Assembly (NCBI GenBank): GCA_030167865.1
Contig: JALAGF010006100.1
Span: 1-59,514 of the forward strand
Length of the DNA stretch: 59,514 nt
Direction: 5' to 3'
Source of the DNA: Craspedostauros australis
Lineage: Eukaryota
Shown: piece by piece, positions 33,693-46,211 of the stretch
Layout of the letters: the number at the start of each line of letters is the position of its first letter
Numbering within the stretch: the first letter of the stretch is position 1
The notes under the pieces: model-generated
Told to the model about the DNA's origin: nothing
Database searches by the model: none
What the model saw: only the letters and a program-made list of their open reading frames with translations
Position numbers and translations under genes: made by a program

Positions 33693-36600
33693 TCACGTCC
33701 GATCACTTCGGGTAAAATCGATGATCGACACCACGTTGGAAGAGAAGCATGCGGCCACTCTCGTTTCCTCCTTGTTCCATGCCACCTCAAAAATGTCACC
33801 CTCTCCCTTGAAACTCTTTATGTGGATTCCGAGCTGCACGTTCCAAATGAAAAGCTGGCCTGCCAACGAACCGCTCGCGAGGAAGTCGCCGGATGGGGAA
33901 AATGCAACGGAGTACACCGAGTCGCTGTGCTTTGAGAACACACGGAAGCAGGAGCCATCCCGGACGTTCCACAGCCGCACGGAGCCATCAAACGAAGCCG
34001 TTGCCAACATCGGTTGCTTGCCTGGATTTGCTGATCCAGGACCTGTCGGACTCCTGTATGTGCAGTCATTGTGACGGTTGCATTGGTTTTCATCAAACGG
34101 ACCGAGTGCCGGATTTTGAAGCCGTCGAGGTTTACGAATGAACAGACCCGCATCAACGATGCCATGGAGAGTGCCAGTGTTAGTTTACCATTGGGGGATG
34201 GGAAATCAGTTGCGTACCCAAACTTGCAAGGGAAGATGCTTGGACTTTGGACGAAGGAGCGGATGGCGAAATACAAGCCACACAGCACCGTGCATGCAGG
34301 AAACATGGCAGACCAGAGCTAGGTGCGCCATCCTCGCATCAAAGAGAGGAGCGTGTGCACTTACAGATCACAACAACATCTGAGGAAAGCACAATCACAA
34401 ACACAAGCACCACCGCGCACGTACCATTTGACAGTGTAAATCTCTTGCTCGTGACTCTTGAAGTCATGCAACGGCTCGGTCTTGTTGCTCGTCACTTCCC
34501 AAACCTTGGCTGTGCAATCATCGGAACAGCTGGCAAGAAGCATCCCCGATGGATCCCATTTGACAGCATTGACTTCGTCTGTGTGCCCTGTGAAGATCTT
34601 CAGCGGCCGTTGTGTACCAACCTGGCATATGTGCACGGTCTTGTCGGTCGAGCATGATGCGAAGGTCATGTCATCCTTCCAGTCCACGTCCAGCGCTGGT
34701 TGCTTGTGGTCGTTGAACTGCTGCTGGATGAACCCCGTGCTAGTTGACACGTCCCATACGATGGTGGTCTTGTCGTAGCTTCCCGAAAGCAAGAAATTCC
34801 CTCGTTTGTTCCACTTCAATGAAAAGATGGGACCCTTGTGTCCACGGAGGGTGTGCACAAGGGCGCCGCTCTGACTCCACACCCGTGCCACCCCATCGTA
34901 GCTCCCGGTTGCCAGTAATTTGCCATCCGACGACCATTCCAACGTGGTGACGTCCTTGTTCTTTTTGTCTTTCGGTCCGGCACCATGCGGGAGCAGTATG
35001 ACGGGTCCCAGACCGTCGGATGCCAACGGCCCGCCCATCTTCCAGATTCTCGCAGACGCGTCGCCGCTGCCGGTTGCGATGATGTCAGTGAAGATCGGAT
35101 TCCAAGCACACATGAAGACCTCGGAGGAATGCATCTTCAGATCCAGTACTTCAGTTCTTGGTTGGAGCAAGACGTTGGTGTCCCCCAGATGCCTTTGCAC
35201 AGTGTTGGTTGAAGTCAGTGTCGTTATGAGGTTGCTGCCCGACTGTCCATTCTTCTGGACACCGTCTGCGCTGATAGTTGTTGATGGTGTGGGTGTCATT
35301 TGCACCGCCGGGACTGTTGCAGCCGATGAGGAAGATGGCACTGGGGTGGTGACAGGGTGAGCCTTCTCGCCATTGCTTGTTCTGTGTTTGTGTTGCTTCT
35401 TGCCACCAACACGTTCGTTCGAACCATTCTTCCCATTAACTTCCTTCGAGGCACCGTTGAGTGGATTCTCCTTGGTATCGTTGGGAGGGACAGCGTTGGC
35501 ACCCTTCTCATGAGCCGGCATGGACAAGACCTTCTCAGTGTCGATCTCATCAACATCCATGGCACTGGCACCGCCGCCACCAATTGCTGCTGCCGCACTC
35601 GTTTTTGTACCTCCGCCAGTCGCTGCAGGTCCTTTGCTCTTGGAGTTGGTGGACGAAGACTTCGATTGCTGGGTCGATGCTGTCGCGGTGCTTGACTTCT
35701 TCGCTCCCGCTGCTTCCGATTGCACAGCGGCTTCGGTAAGGGACGCCAATCCACGATCGTGGAGGGCTGTCTTTGACTGCGTGTCGTTCTTGCTCACTGT
35801 TGATGTCGCCGCCGCAGCTCCCGCGGAAGTCTTCTGCTTCGCTGACTTTCCTTTGCCCTTCTGCCCCTTTTTGGATGAAGTGCTGAGTGCTCGCTTCGAC
35901 CCCGACTGCTGCTGCGAACTCTTGGTGGGTGTCAGTGGAAGGGTGGACGCTGATGTTGTATCCATCGGTGTGACACCTGTCCCACCACTGCCGCCACTGG
36001 AGGCGGCCGGACCACCGCCTCCTCGAGGACGTCCTATACGCTTCGCTTCATGAAGCTTCTGTTGCTGTTCTGCTAGTTGCTGCTGCTTGAGCTCGAGCTG
36101 TTGTTGTTGCTCTTGCATGGCCGCCATCTCGCGAGCGACCACCCGTCTCTGTTGCGCCACGAAGGCGGCGGCGCCAGCGCTTTCCGCCGGGGCTTGTCGG
36201 ACCAGGTCGTCTGATGGGTGCAATGGGTTGACTCCTTTTGTTGCGGCTTGGACCGCGAGGGCCTGAGAGGAAGTTTGATGGAGGGCCTGCTGCGGTTGTC
36301 GCTGGTGCTGGGCGATGATCACGGCGGTGGATGCGGAGTCGTTCATGGGTGCTTGCTGTGGGAGGCCGGAGGGACCCGAGCTTTGCTTCCTGCCGTTGGC
36401 TTTGGCCGCCTGCGATTCCTTGGCTGCCTTGATGGCCGCCGCCTTGCGCTGTGCCTCCTGCTTGGCCTCGATCTCCAGACGCGCTCGGACTGCCGCAGCC
36501 GCCGAAGCCGGAGGGACGTTGAGTTGGATTGGCGGGATCTCCCTGGTGAGCGCTCCGATGGTTTGGGAAGACAGCAGCGACACCCCGGCCAGATCCTGGT

Positions 36601-37657
36601 TGGACGACGCCTTCTTTGACTTTGCGGTCTCCTGATGCAGCCTCTCTTCGATCCCCACGAACTGCAACCCCTTCTGGAGAAAGTTCACCAGCGCACCAGG
36701 CGGTATCGACTTTTCGGCGTTTCGGATGTTGGATCTCCCCAGCATGCTCTCGTAGACGAATGTGAAGGCCGAGTGCACGTACCCGCACTCTTGCATGTAT
36801 CTGACATGGCATGACATGGTTGGATATTGGTAGATGAATAGATGATTGGCGGTAAGGGACGCGACGCGATGGGGAGGAGTCGTTCAGGCGAGCGTGGCAG
36901 CGGCAGCATGGAGGTTCACAGGCACATGCACACGCACACGCACAGCCAACAGAAGGGGACAACAGCGCAGACGTGAGAGTAATATCAAGCCAAGCCATGT
37001 CAAGATGCGCCGATTGAGATAGTATCGTTGTGTCCGCGTTCGAAGCCATGTGGAATGCATCGCATTGCGAGGGATGCAAAGCGGGAGCATCGCCAGATCC
37101 GTTTCGTGTCAGCGATGCGCAAAGCGGAAGGGAATGGTGGGACAGGATCGGGTGAGCACGAATCAATCATTGCAATGCAACGCAACGCACTGGACTAAGG
37201 TCGGTGTCGTGCGAAGGTGGACAGTGGCAATGACAGCAACGCTGCTCGTCGAGGATACTCCCATCTTGTTCATTGCGTACTGGCCGCTGTTGCTGCTACT
37301 GCGGTGGATGGCGCTGGATGTATCCTTGGCCTGCCTCTTCCAACTCCCGCAAAGATGAAGGCGGTAGCGGAGACCGAAGGCCCGCGCCATGAGCACCACG
37401 AACTCCGACTCGATGCTCTGTGATCTCCACCGCAAGACACAGCGCAATGCAACGGAACGCAGAGCACGATAGGATAAGACAGGACGTTGGTATCGCTTGA
37501 CGTACCGGAAGATGAGGTAGTTGATCTCGTCGCTCGACATGCTCATGCTTGGCATGCCATCTTCACTGCTCCCCAGTCCTTCATCTTGCCTCGAGCTGCC
37601 ATCGTTGCCACCGCCGGCACCTCCCGCCTTGCTGCTGCTTGAACCGGAGGCCGACAT
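33693..37657 (-). CDS. TBL1/Ebi/Sif2-like LisH + WD40 co-repressor subunit (3 exons)
   Basis: Exons 37657-37506, 36800-34425 and 34053-33693 (phase-2 GT-AG introns). LisH [41 protein letters not shown]; WD repeats HSSEVFMCAWNP, KDVTTLEWS, HKGPIFSLKWN, IYTVKWSPTGPGSANP, LATASFD, GDIFEVAWN. Confidence 0.93.
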
Positions 37658-39191
37658 GGCTTGGTTGCGGTTGCTTCAATGTGGTGCTAATTGCTACAAT
37701 AATTGCTGTTCTTGCTCGTGCTACTGCTGTCGCAATCGCTATCGTTGCGTGGTTGTGGTTTGGCGCGCAATGATCTGCTCCGCAATGTCGCCGCTTTGGC
37801 TTGCGCGAGCTATGATACTAGCAACGATACTCGCAACGATACTCGCAACGTGCAACCTCTCGTGGATCACTGGGCTATGTCGACCAATGTGCCTGCTCTG
37901 ATGGTGCAGCAACTTGATTGTGGTGGGCGTTTTGCCAGTTGTGGTCAGTCAGTCAAACACGGCCGCTCCTTTCTGGATTGCCTTCCAGCGTCAGCCTGGT
38001 ACTGATGTTACTGCTGATACTGTTGTTTTGGTGGTCTGCGTGGGTGGCGCGTAGCCAGCGTTACTAGCAACACCGTTGTGTTTGGTGCTCTGGGAAGCAA
38101 CAAACGGCTCTCGATCCACCAATCCCAAGACAGCACCACCAACGGCAGGGCAAAAAATCAAACTCGTTTGTGTGGAAGTCACCGCGACACGAAGAATCAA
38201 CGATGGCGCGGCAAGATAGTAGCGCGCGACGCTGTGCCCATCGTCTCCCACGACCACAGCGGTTCTCGTGTTGTTGTGCGCGATGCTGTCGTGGAATGGT
38301 ACTCATCGCGCCCCAATCGCTTTGGGTGGTAGAACGCGAAGCACGCGTAGTCGCCAGTACATAGCCTCACGCGAACAGCAACCAACAGCGTAGCCATGAG
38401 AGATACCACCAACAAAAACAGCCACAAAGACAACAAAAGCGATAACCGCAACGGGAAACACAACAAACGACGAATGAACCACATCGCAACGATAAAAAAC
38501 AAGGCGTGCCGCTGCCCAGTATCCGTTCGCCAGGGAGAAATCCACGTTGGAAACCTACCGACTGTGGAAGCAGAACCGAGCGACAGGCAGACCATGAGCG
38601 ATTAATTTAGCCGCATGTATCACTTCACAAGTGTGCCCTGGCGCATTCGTACGACTGTCGCAGGCTCACCATCCAAAATACTGAATCCAGAACTTGAATG
38701 CCGCTCTGAGGAGGGCTTAGCTCATGCAGTACCTGAAAATCCAAAATTCGGTTTTGCCACGTGGAATATCAGCAACCAATGGTTAAGATCTTGCATTCGC
38801 GATGTCATCATTTCAGGTACCGGAATGATCGATGAAATCGATACAGTTTCACAGGTACCTGTTGGCCTGGTCTATGAAAAACAAAACTAGTCTCTTCCAC
38901 CTTCATTTTGCCTATCTCACGCCACAACGCAACAAGTTGCTGCAACATTCATCTCAGGCCCGATCTCGCAATCCGTGGAGGATCAACCAGGACTGGGGGC
39001 GCAGTGTAAAGATATCCTGGTGCTCGACCGCAGACGAAACACAAAGAGAGCAACGGAAAAGAATACTCGTATGGTTGTAGTTCTCGGGAAATGTGATTGC
39101 CCTCCTCCTCTCACTCACGCCTTGGAGATCACTCTGGTGTATTATATTTGAGAGAGATAGTGCTCGACTGCATAAACTTTGGCTCTTCGTT

Positions 39192-40154
39192 CTAATCCAG
39201 CATGTCGAATTCACCATCGCTCCACCTGCACACGAGATGGACCTTGAATTCCGACAGCTTGATTCCGAAGTGGGTCAGCAGCTTGCACTTCTCCGGCGAC
39301 AGCTCCTCACCCTTCTTGCACAGCCTGTGCTCGTTCTTGGAGTTGATAAGAACGATCTTGCCGTTGTCAATATCCACCGGAAGTCCCAGCTTCTTGAACT
39401 GCTGCTCCAGCATGGACGTCGGGTGGTTGAACAGCATCTCGTTGGTTATTATCACATCGCGTGGACTCTGGAATCCGGCACGCGCAAAGTCCGGCTCCGA
39501 AAACCCGGCGAAGAAGCCCTCAACCTCCTTGCGCGGTCTCGAGGTGAACAGCAGCCCGACGCTGCCCTCGATCTGCTTCGAGACCTGACGCAGATTATCG
39601 GCGTATTCGTCTTCCGGCCCCTTGCCCAGCGCGATCTTCAGCAGCTTGTTCTTTCCCAGCAGAATGCGCGACGGCTTGTGCTCGCCGTTGTTGTCGCGGA
39701 AATGCATGCGGATGTCCTTGAACTTGTTGCTTCTCATGTTTTCGTACGAGAAGAGGTAGACCTGCTCATGATTATCCACCGCATCGCGGACCTCCTGGAT
39801 GTAGGACGTCTTGTGCTCCCGCGTCGTCCGCTTTTCCGTCTGAGTGAGATGGACTGTTGGTCATCACAGTTGGATTCGTGTCGTCGTCGTTTTCGTTGTG
39901 GATTGATAATGGATGAATAGTGGTCAGAACAAGGTTCGTCGAACAGCACTCCACAGATGACAATGGATGTGATGCTGTGTGACGACACATGAAACCATGA
40001 AGCTCCTGCAATGTGTTATCGAAGCCATTGCCAACGAAAAGCGCTGACTGCCTGCCGGTGCCTCTCCAGTTCTTCGGAGAGAGCAAGGGCAACTCGTCAA
40101 TCCGCAGCATTCAGTTCGAAGCTTACCGAGTTGAGCTCTCTTGGATCGTGGCAT
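39192..40154 (-). CDS. MRT4: Ribosome assembly factor Mrt4 (mRNA turnover protein 4; 2 exons, 229 aa)
   Basis: Exon1 40154-40127 MPRSKRAQL; intron GTAAGC...CAG; exon2 39853-39192 VHLTQTEKR...NMRSNKFKDIR...GKNKLLKIALG...GSVGLLFT...DFARAG...KLGLP. Confidence 0.93.
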
Positions 40155-40281
40155 GTTGAAATCGCGTTCCTTGCTTCGTTCCTTGGTATGGTCGATGAAT
40201 GATGCTCCAGTATTGACAGTGCAACTCGTTCCTGCAATGGCTTCTCCAAGAATCAGATGCGTTCTGGTGGGACAATTAGAT

Positions 40282-40362
40282 GCTGTTGTTGTTGTACTTG
40301 TTGTTGTACTTGTTGTTGTGCTTGTTGTTGTGCTTGTTGTTGTGCTTGTTGTTGTTGTTGTT
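40282..40362. repeat. (GTTGTTGTRCTT)n / (GTT)n low-complexity tandem array in the MRT4-NDUFS5 divergent intergenic region
   Basis: Visible 12-bp periodicity; it generates the spurious poly-V, poly-C, poly-L and NNKH ORFs in the track. Confidence 0.8.
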
Positions 40363-40782
40363 CTTGGTGTGGGTATTGCTCTTGTTGCGTTTTGCGTTTT
40401 CGCCTTTGTTGCTTTTGTTCTTTTGTTTGTTGGTCTTCGGTGGCAACGCGGATGGCATGGACAGACGAATTATTGATTCATTATATTATCAGACCTCGTG
40501 ATTGTGTGGAAAACCTCGCGGTCAAGGATCGAGCAGCAACGAGAACAACAACAAAAAGCGTGGAACGCCAACAAAAACACACGCCGAAACTCCCAACAAC
40601 TCCGTCACCATGAGATACCACAGGATCATCATCACCATCAACATCATCATCGTTGCTTTTGTTGTTGTTGTTGTTGGCCATCAACTAAGTTCGAGAAACA
40701 ACATTCCACAACACCACGCCGCATCACACCACATTTCATACGCGCACTTTAGTATACTCGCACAATAGAAGGACAGTGCATC

Positions 40783-41470
40783 ATGGTCAGCGAAATTGGA
40801 GTGAATGGAACCGTCGGGCGTTGCTACCCATTCTACGCCGACCTGCGCAAGTGCATCGTGAGTGCAGAACAACGAACTTGTTGACCAACCTTCTCGACCA
40901 ATCTTGTTGACCAACGAGGCGACCAAGTGCAGAAGGAGCAAAGCGGGATGCCGCGTGAGCATTGATTGATGATCCACAGTGCGACGGTCCGATTGTTCAG
41001 TTCAGAGTCGCCCGCACTTCGTGAAGGCACCCTTTCTTCGGTCACAAGTTCCGGGGGTGGTCTCTGTTATGATCGTTCGTCCATGCGCCTCTCTCTTGGC
41101 TCCATTTCTTTCTCAACGTTGATGTTCAACTCACAGTCTCCACCCCCTACTTGACAATCCAACATTCGTTCCATGCGTTCGTGCGTTCGTGCGCTCATCT
41201 GCACATGGATATTTGCATGATTGACTGCAACAAAAACTAATTCGGTCTTCACATATGCTCGTACTCTACCACACCGCATCACCCTATGCTCACAACCGCA
41301 CTTGAACAACGTCGCAGTCGAAAAAGCATGAGGAGAGTCCACAAACCATGTGCATTTCGCAGCAGCAGGATTACTTTGAATGCCTTCACGGACATAAGGA
41401 GAAGCGCAGAATCAAGGCCGTGCGTGAGGAACGTCTGAGACGGGAGAAGCTTGGAGAGTCCTTCAACTAA
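40783..41470 (+). CDS. NDUFS5: Mitochondrial complex I subunit NDUFS5 (15-kDa, twin CX9C; 2 exons, 75 aa); not in the ORF track
   Basis: Exon1 40783-40857 MVSEIGVNGTVGRCYPFYADLRKCI|GTGAGT; exon2 41318-41470 after CGCAG, SKKHEESPQTMCISQQQDYFECLHGHKEKRRIKAV...*. Has CX9C twice plus the G.NG..GRCY.F and DY.ECLH..KE hallmarks of plant/fungal NDUFS5. Confidence 0.85.
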
Positions 41471-42508
41471 GCGCAAGCTTTGCGCTGGACCAACCGTATG
41501 GTCTCATCGAAACCTCTGTGCGTCTCCCCAGGCACCCACTTGCTTGTGCAGCTGTGAAGAGTCGGGCGGAGAGGCATGCAGTGGGCTTGGTGTCAACGGT
41601 GGGCGGATGCAATTGATCGTTGCCATTGTCGTTGGTTCGATTACGAATATGTGGGCGGCACTGACATCACCATTGGCAATAGTGTTGGCCGAAGAAGCGG
41701 CAGCAAGCCAGATCAGGTGCAGCGGTCGTTGGTATCGTTCATGAGATAGCCAGTGCAAACGAGAACAAACCAGAGGACGACACTCTACTCTACTCTACTC
41801 TCCCTCTCTAGAATACCCCAACATATGAGCAATACACTTTCTGAAAAAGATGGAATGGCCAATGCCCTTTCAAGATGAATGAAGGGCTGCCTTGCAATGA
41901 AACAAAAGCGGTACGACACTCCGAACGCGACACGCCACGCATGTGCCGTGCGCTGGTCGACGACGTGGGCCAACTGCAAGGAGCATTGCGCTGCGTCACC
42001 TGTACCTCCACATTGGTGCTTGCCTTGCCTGTGTGCTGCTGCACTGTTTCAGGTTGGATATCAACGTGTTTGCACATTGGTGGAGAGATAGAAGACTTGC
42101 TTGTGCACCATCCGCAGAGGGTGGCCAGCGTCGCGCTTCGCCTGGATGTTACATAGCGCATATGCAGATACATATTGTACCTCCTCCTTTCTAGCGATTT
42201 CGGCTGATTCAAATGAAGTCGCAACAAGATGCTCACACCAGTTTCATCTCATCTGTGGTCGTATCCAAGATCATCCACGAACTAGTTCGAAGATGGTGTT
42301 CTTGTTTGTGGATGATTGGCTCGTGGCAGTTGACGGCGCCATCATTTGGGGAAACAGCGTCAAACGGCAACACGAACAAGAGATCACCCATCCGCAGTCA
42401 CGGGAGACAAAGAGAAGCCTTGGACACACTCCAAGGGAAGCGACGAAGCGGACACAGAACTCATCATACCCGCACACAAACCAGGAACAGCAACAACAGC
42501 TAGATCGT

Positions 42509-42552
42509 ACTAATACTAATACTAATACTAATACTAATACTAATACTAATAC
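42509..42552. repeat. (TACTAA)n hexanucleotide microsatellite
   Basis: About seven tandem TACTAA units immediately upstream of the ATG at 42563. Confidence 0.9.
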
Positions 42553-42562
42553 GACAACCCCA

Positions 42563-43885
42563 ATGGCGCAAGAGACAGACAACGAAATGGACGTGCCGCT
42601 GGTCCAGAATGACTTCACCACGGATGGGGCATCGCCAGCAGTTCAGCTTGCTGGCGGTCAGCAAGACGCCGAGCATCATGGTGACATTCGCAGACACAAC
42701 AGCGCTGTGCGTTTGCACCCAAACGCAATCGCAGATGGACATGGCCAGCACACGTCTCCACAACAGGAAGACATGCTTGGCAGAATGAGCATCAACGAAA
42801 TGCGCATCCCATTCTGGAGCATCCCTGTGCTGTCGCCCGCCAACCCATTCTTCCAGCGTTCGGATGGCTGTCCCAAGGATTTCCCCGGCGACATCGTGCT
42901 GTGGGGCAAGTTCGCCTTCCACACAAGGCGGGCTCTGGAGCCGTGTCACATCGAGTGGGTCCTGATCCTCAACTTCTACATGCTGCTCACCTTCGCCCTC
43001 ATCATTGCAGGCACGCTCGGAGCGGGGGCAGTGTGGGGCACGCATTACTTCGCGCCCTACGTGTCCGCCATGGGCATCGCTCTTTTGGCGCCTTACTTCC
43101 TCGTGCTCAAACCGAAGAAGCAGAAGGTCATCAACCGCGCCAACGATCTGCTCACGGCTCTGACCCAAAGCACATTGCGCCAGCCGTTTCAAGATGCGGG
43201 GTACAGCATCCAGTACGGAACGGCGCAGCAGGGCGCATTCATCCTCCGAGAATTCACCGGGGAGCAAGACATACTCGGAAGCAGCGCGCTTGATGGGGAA
43301 GGCGGTGACGGCATGGATGCTGAAGCAGCGGCATCGGCACCTCGGATACCCGACATCCACATCAGCGGCCACTCTCCCACTCTCTGCCTCAACATCCGAA
43401 AGATACCGAGCCGTGCAGATCCCACGGGCCCGCACTCCCAGCTCAACAACGCGCAGATGGAGATGATCTGGGGCGTCGTACGCGAGTCCTACTTCAAGCT
43501 GAACAACGGCTACACTGCAGCTCGTACCGGTTCGGTGGGCGTCATGTACATCTTCTGGATCATCGTGTTCCCAGACTACCACGTCTTCTTCCCCGCCTTC
43601 GGCATCTTGACCTTCGCGGCCGTCGAGGTCTTCACGCGCGAATGGTTGCTGACTCCCAAGTTCGAAGCCGCTCTGCGCGACGAGCTGTCCGCGGTGCTGA
43701 GGGAGCGCTTTGGGTACAAGGTCAGCATGCGGACCAAACGCCACGGAAGGTTCCATTTTCCCGCCAAGCTGCTCAGCTTCATCCCTGCACGTGATTACGA
43801 ATATGACGATGTCCACGGCGGCGACAGTGACGACGAGAGCGATGGTAGTCCGCAGGAGGAGCCAACAATCCAGATCCAAGGATGA
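42563..43885 (+). CDS. Uncharacterised membrane protein with two similar TM-hairpin modules (about 440 aa)
   Basis: Strong coding-type codon bias (C-ending codons) and two pairs of hydrophobic helices. ATG at 42563 follows a CA-rich leader; the longer ORF-track start runs through a microsatellite. Confidence 0.7.
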   Translation: MAQETDNEMDVPLVQNDFTTDGASPAVQLAGGQQDAEHHGDIRRHNSAVRLHPNAIADGHGQHTSPQQEDMLGRMSINEMRIPFWSIPVLSPANPFFQRSDGCPKDFPGDIVLWGKFAFHTRRALEPCHIEWVLILNFYMLLTFALIIAGTLGAGAVWGTHYFAPYVSAMGIALLAPYFLVLKPKKQKVINRANDLLTALTQSTLRQPFQDAGYSIQYGTAQQGAFILREFTGEQDILGSSALDGEGGDGMDAEAAASAPRIPDIHISGHSPTLCLNIRKIPSRADPTGPHSQLNNAQMEMIWGVVRESYFKLNNGYTAARTGSVGVMYIFWIIVFPDYHVFFPAFGILTFAAVEVFTREWLLTPKFEAALRDELSAVLRERFGYKVSMRTKRHGRFHFPAKLLSFIPARDYEYDDVHGGDSDDESDGSPQEEPTIQIQG

Positions 43886-44768
43886 AGCATGCATTGGTAA
43901 GGTCTGCCCAATGGTGCGCATGCGCAGTCTCTGGTTACTTACAATCGCACACGCACAGACACAAGCACAGACGACGATACATATACATCCATGGACACAT
44001 TCATGGAGCTTGTAAATATTATACGCATTTCCGCTTACCACGAGCAACGAACAACGTACCAAATGTCACACAGTGATGACAGAATCCTTCCCACGAGTAT
44101 GCGCCTCTCAGTCGCCAGGCATTCCTGGAGCACGTTCCACAACTTTATACTACCACACAGATAGGCACGTTGGTATCACCGTCCAACCATCTATACCAGC
44201 ATTAGAGAAACGCTAGATACTCTACGAGGAAAGACGGAGACAGAGAGTGTGGCATTTGTGTGCGCCTGTTGCATGTTTGCGTGTTTCTCTACCTTTCAAT
44301 ATGTAGACGCATCGCTCTAGAGCACGTAGCGTGTGTTCAAATCGAAAATGGAGTACTATGAATAGAATACCCGTGATAGACGGAAACGCGATCGTGGTAT
44401 CGAAAAGACTGACGCACTCAACCAGTGTGTTCGTGACAGCCATCAATCAAACCGAGCACAGTACCGCCACAGCGAAGAGAGAGAAAAGCAAAAAACCATT
44501 CCACCCCTTGGCCACCCATCACGGCGATCGACGCCTCGTTGATTTTTGTGGCTGACGAACGCCAACGCGCGAGAACAGTGGACACGACAGACCGGCTGGT
44601 TTGAGAGAGAGAGAGAGAGAAGCGGGTAGAAGAACAGCTGGAGGACCATCACGTTGCGTTGGTGCGAGTTCGGACGCCAGTACGAACATCACCATCAACA
44701 ACATCGCCATCATCGACAGCGACAGCAACAACAACATCACCGAGAACAAACACAACCAAGCCGTCACC

Positions 44769-45833
44769 ATGAACAAGTTCCTCTCCCTCGTCGTTGCTCT
44801 CCTGGCCATCTGCCAGGCAACCGCCTTCATGGGCACACCAATCCGATCGGCTGCCCCAGCTGTGAGTTTCAACGTTCACTGTGACGCGGTGGTGATGTCG
44901 GTTGGCAACAGACTGGCTGACTGAACGACTGACTGAACGATGGTGATGCAGCCCATCTCCATCTCGTGCTGAACCTGAAACGCCAATGGAGTTGATGGCT
45001 GATGGCTGATGGCCAATAGGTGATGGGTAGTTCCGACTGCAATCGCGATGGCCAACCATGACATGCTTTGCTTGACGAAGGCAAGGGAGGCTGTGATGGG
45101 AAGAACAGCACGGCGAAGGCTATCACTAGTCTGGCCTTCCAAATCAGCAACCAGCTTCCTTTGGCTTGATGGGTCAGCGGAACCACCCATCACCTTGTTC
45201 GTGGCAACGCACCCGTCTCGGCAAAGAACGAAACCTGCGGGGCATGAAATCTGCCGAAGAACTTGTCAGGCCAGCTGGTTTGCCTATTGTGCTTCTGTTG
45301 TTGATGTCTTCCAAGCAGTTACCTCCGCATGGAGTTCTTGGGGAGATAACAACATGAGCACTGTCGGCGTGTAGTAGTCCCTCACCTCTTCGTCTGCAAC
45401 ATGAACACTGTCAGCGTGTAGTAGTCCCTCGCCTCTTCGTCTGCAACATGCTCACACCTTTCTGCCTCACTGCTCTGCTCGCTATCTGCTTCTCGGAACT
45501 TGCTCCGCATTCACGCCACCGCCAACATCACGCTCACTGCCGACACCACAGTTCGCACCAAAGCAGAACGGAGCCGCTTCCATGGAAATGCGCGCACGTG
45601 TTTGCGACCTCCTCGGAAAGAAACCAAACAGGCAGGCCCGCGTCGTCACCTTCTCCCACAGACGCATCAAGAAGGTCCAGGCAGTCAACCTCCAGTGGAA
45701 GCGATTCTACTCCGACAGCCTCGACAGAAACGTCCGTCTCCGTCTCTCCACCAAGGGAATCAAGACCGTCAACAAGCTGGGAGGAATCGATGCTGCCGCC
45801 AAGAAGTTCGAGGTCGATCTTAGCAAGTTCTAA
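44769..45833 (+). CDS. rpl28: Nucleus-encoded plastid 50S ribosomal protein L28 with bipartite targeting peptide (2 exons, 124 aa)
   Basis: Exon1 44769-44861 MNKFLSLVVALLAICQATA-FMGTPIRSAAPA|GTGAGT (signal peptide + ASAF-type motif); exon2 45552-45833 ...RARVCDLLGKKPN...TFSHRRIKKVQAVNLQ...RLRLSTKGIKTV. Confidence 0.9.
45351..45450. repeat. 47-bp near-perfect tandem duplication inside the rpl28 intron
   Basis: AACATGAGCACTGTCGGCGTGTAGTAGTCCCTCACCTCTTCGTCTGC (45351-45397) is repeated at 45398-45444 with 3 mismatches, followed by AACATG. Confidence 0.9.
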
Positions 45834-46211
45834 GCCCGACGATCTTGCCGCTTCCTTTCACTGGAAGTAGATCTCAGCAGAGCAGAGTATGGTACAGCAC
45901 AGTACAGTACATCCACTTCTCGATGTATTTACCAAACTCGTCTACTCGAATAGCACAAACAAACGTAACCACACAGACACGCACGCACAACAGCATGGGA
46001 ACCAACATCTAAGCACTCCTTCAAACTACGCAAAACACTCTCTGCATGCTATTGCATCATAATAGTATGGGAAGAACTCTCCCAACAGACAGTAATCTAC
46101 GGGTATGGAGAAAGAAGAGTTCTGCGTACTCCAGTGCTTTGTACAGTCATCTAATTCCCGTCTGGCCTTCCTTTTTGGTTGTTTGCTCTTAGCCTCCACT
46201 ACCCGACTTAC

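Noticed and set aside
38396..38890. Small ORFs 38396-38605 and 38615-38890
   Set aside because: Low-complexity or motif-free, with no supporting splice model.
40141..40768. Poly-Cys, poly-Val, poly-Leu and Asn/His-rich ORFs resembling metallothionein or membrane peptides
   Set aside because: They are translations of (GTT)n-type simple repeats in a divergent promoter region.
45351..45450. CRISPR-like repeat
   Set aside because: Only two directly adjacent units with no spacers and no cas genes, in a eukaryotic intron.
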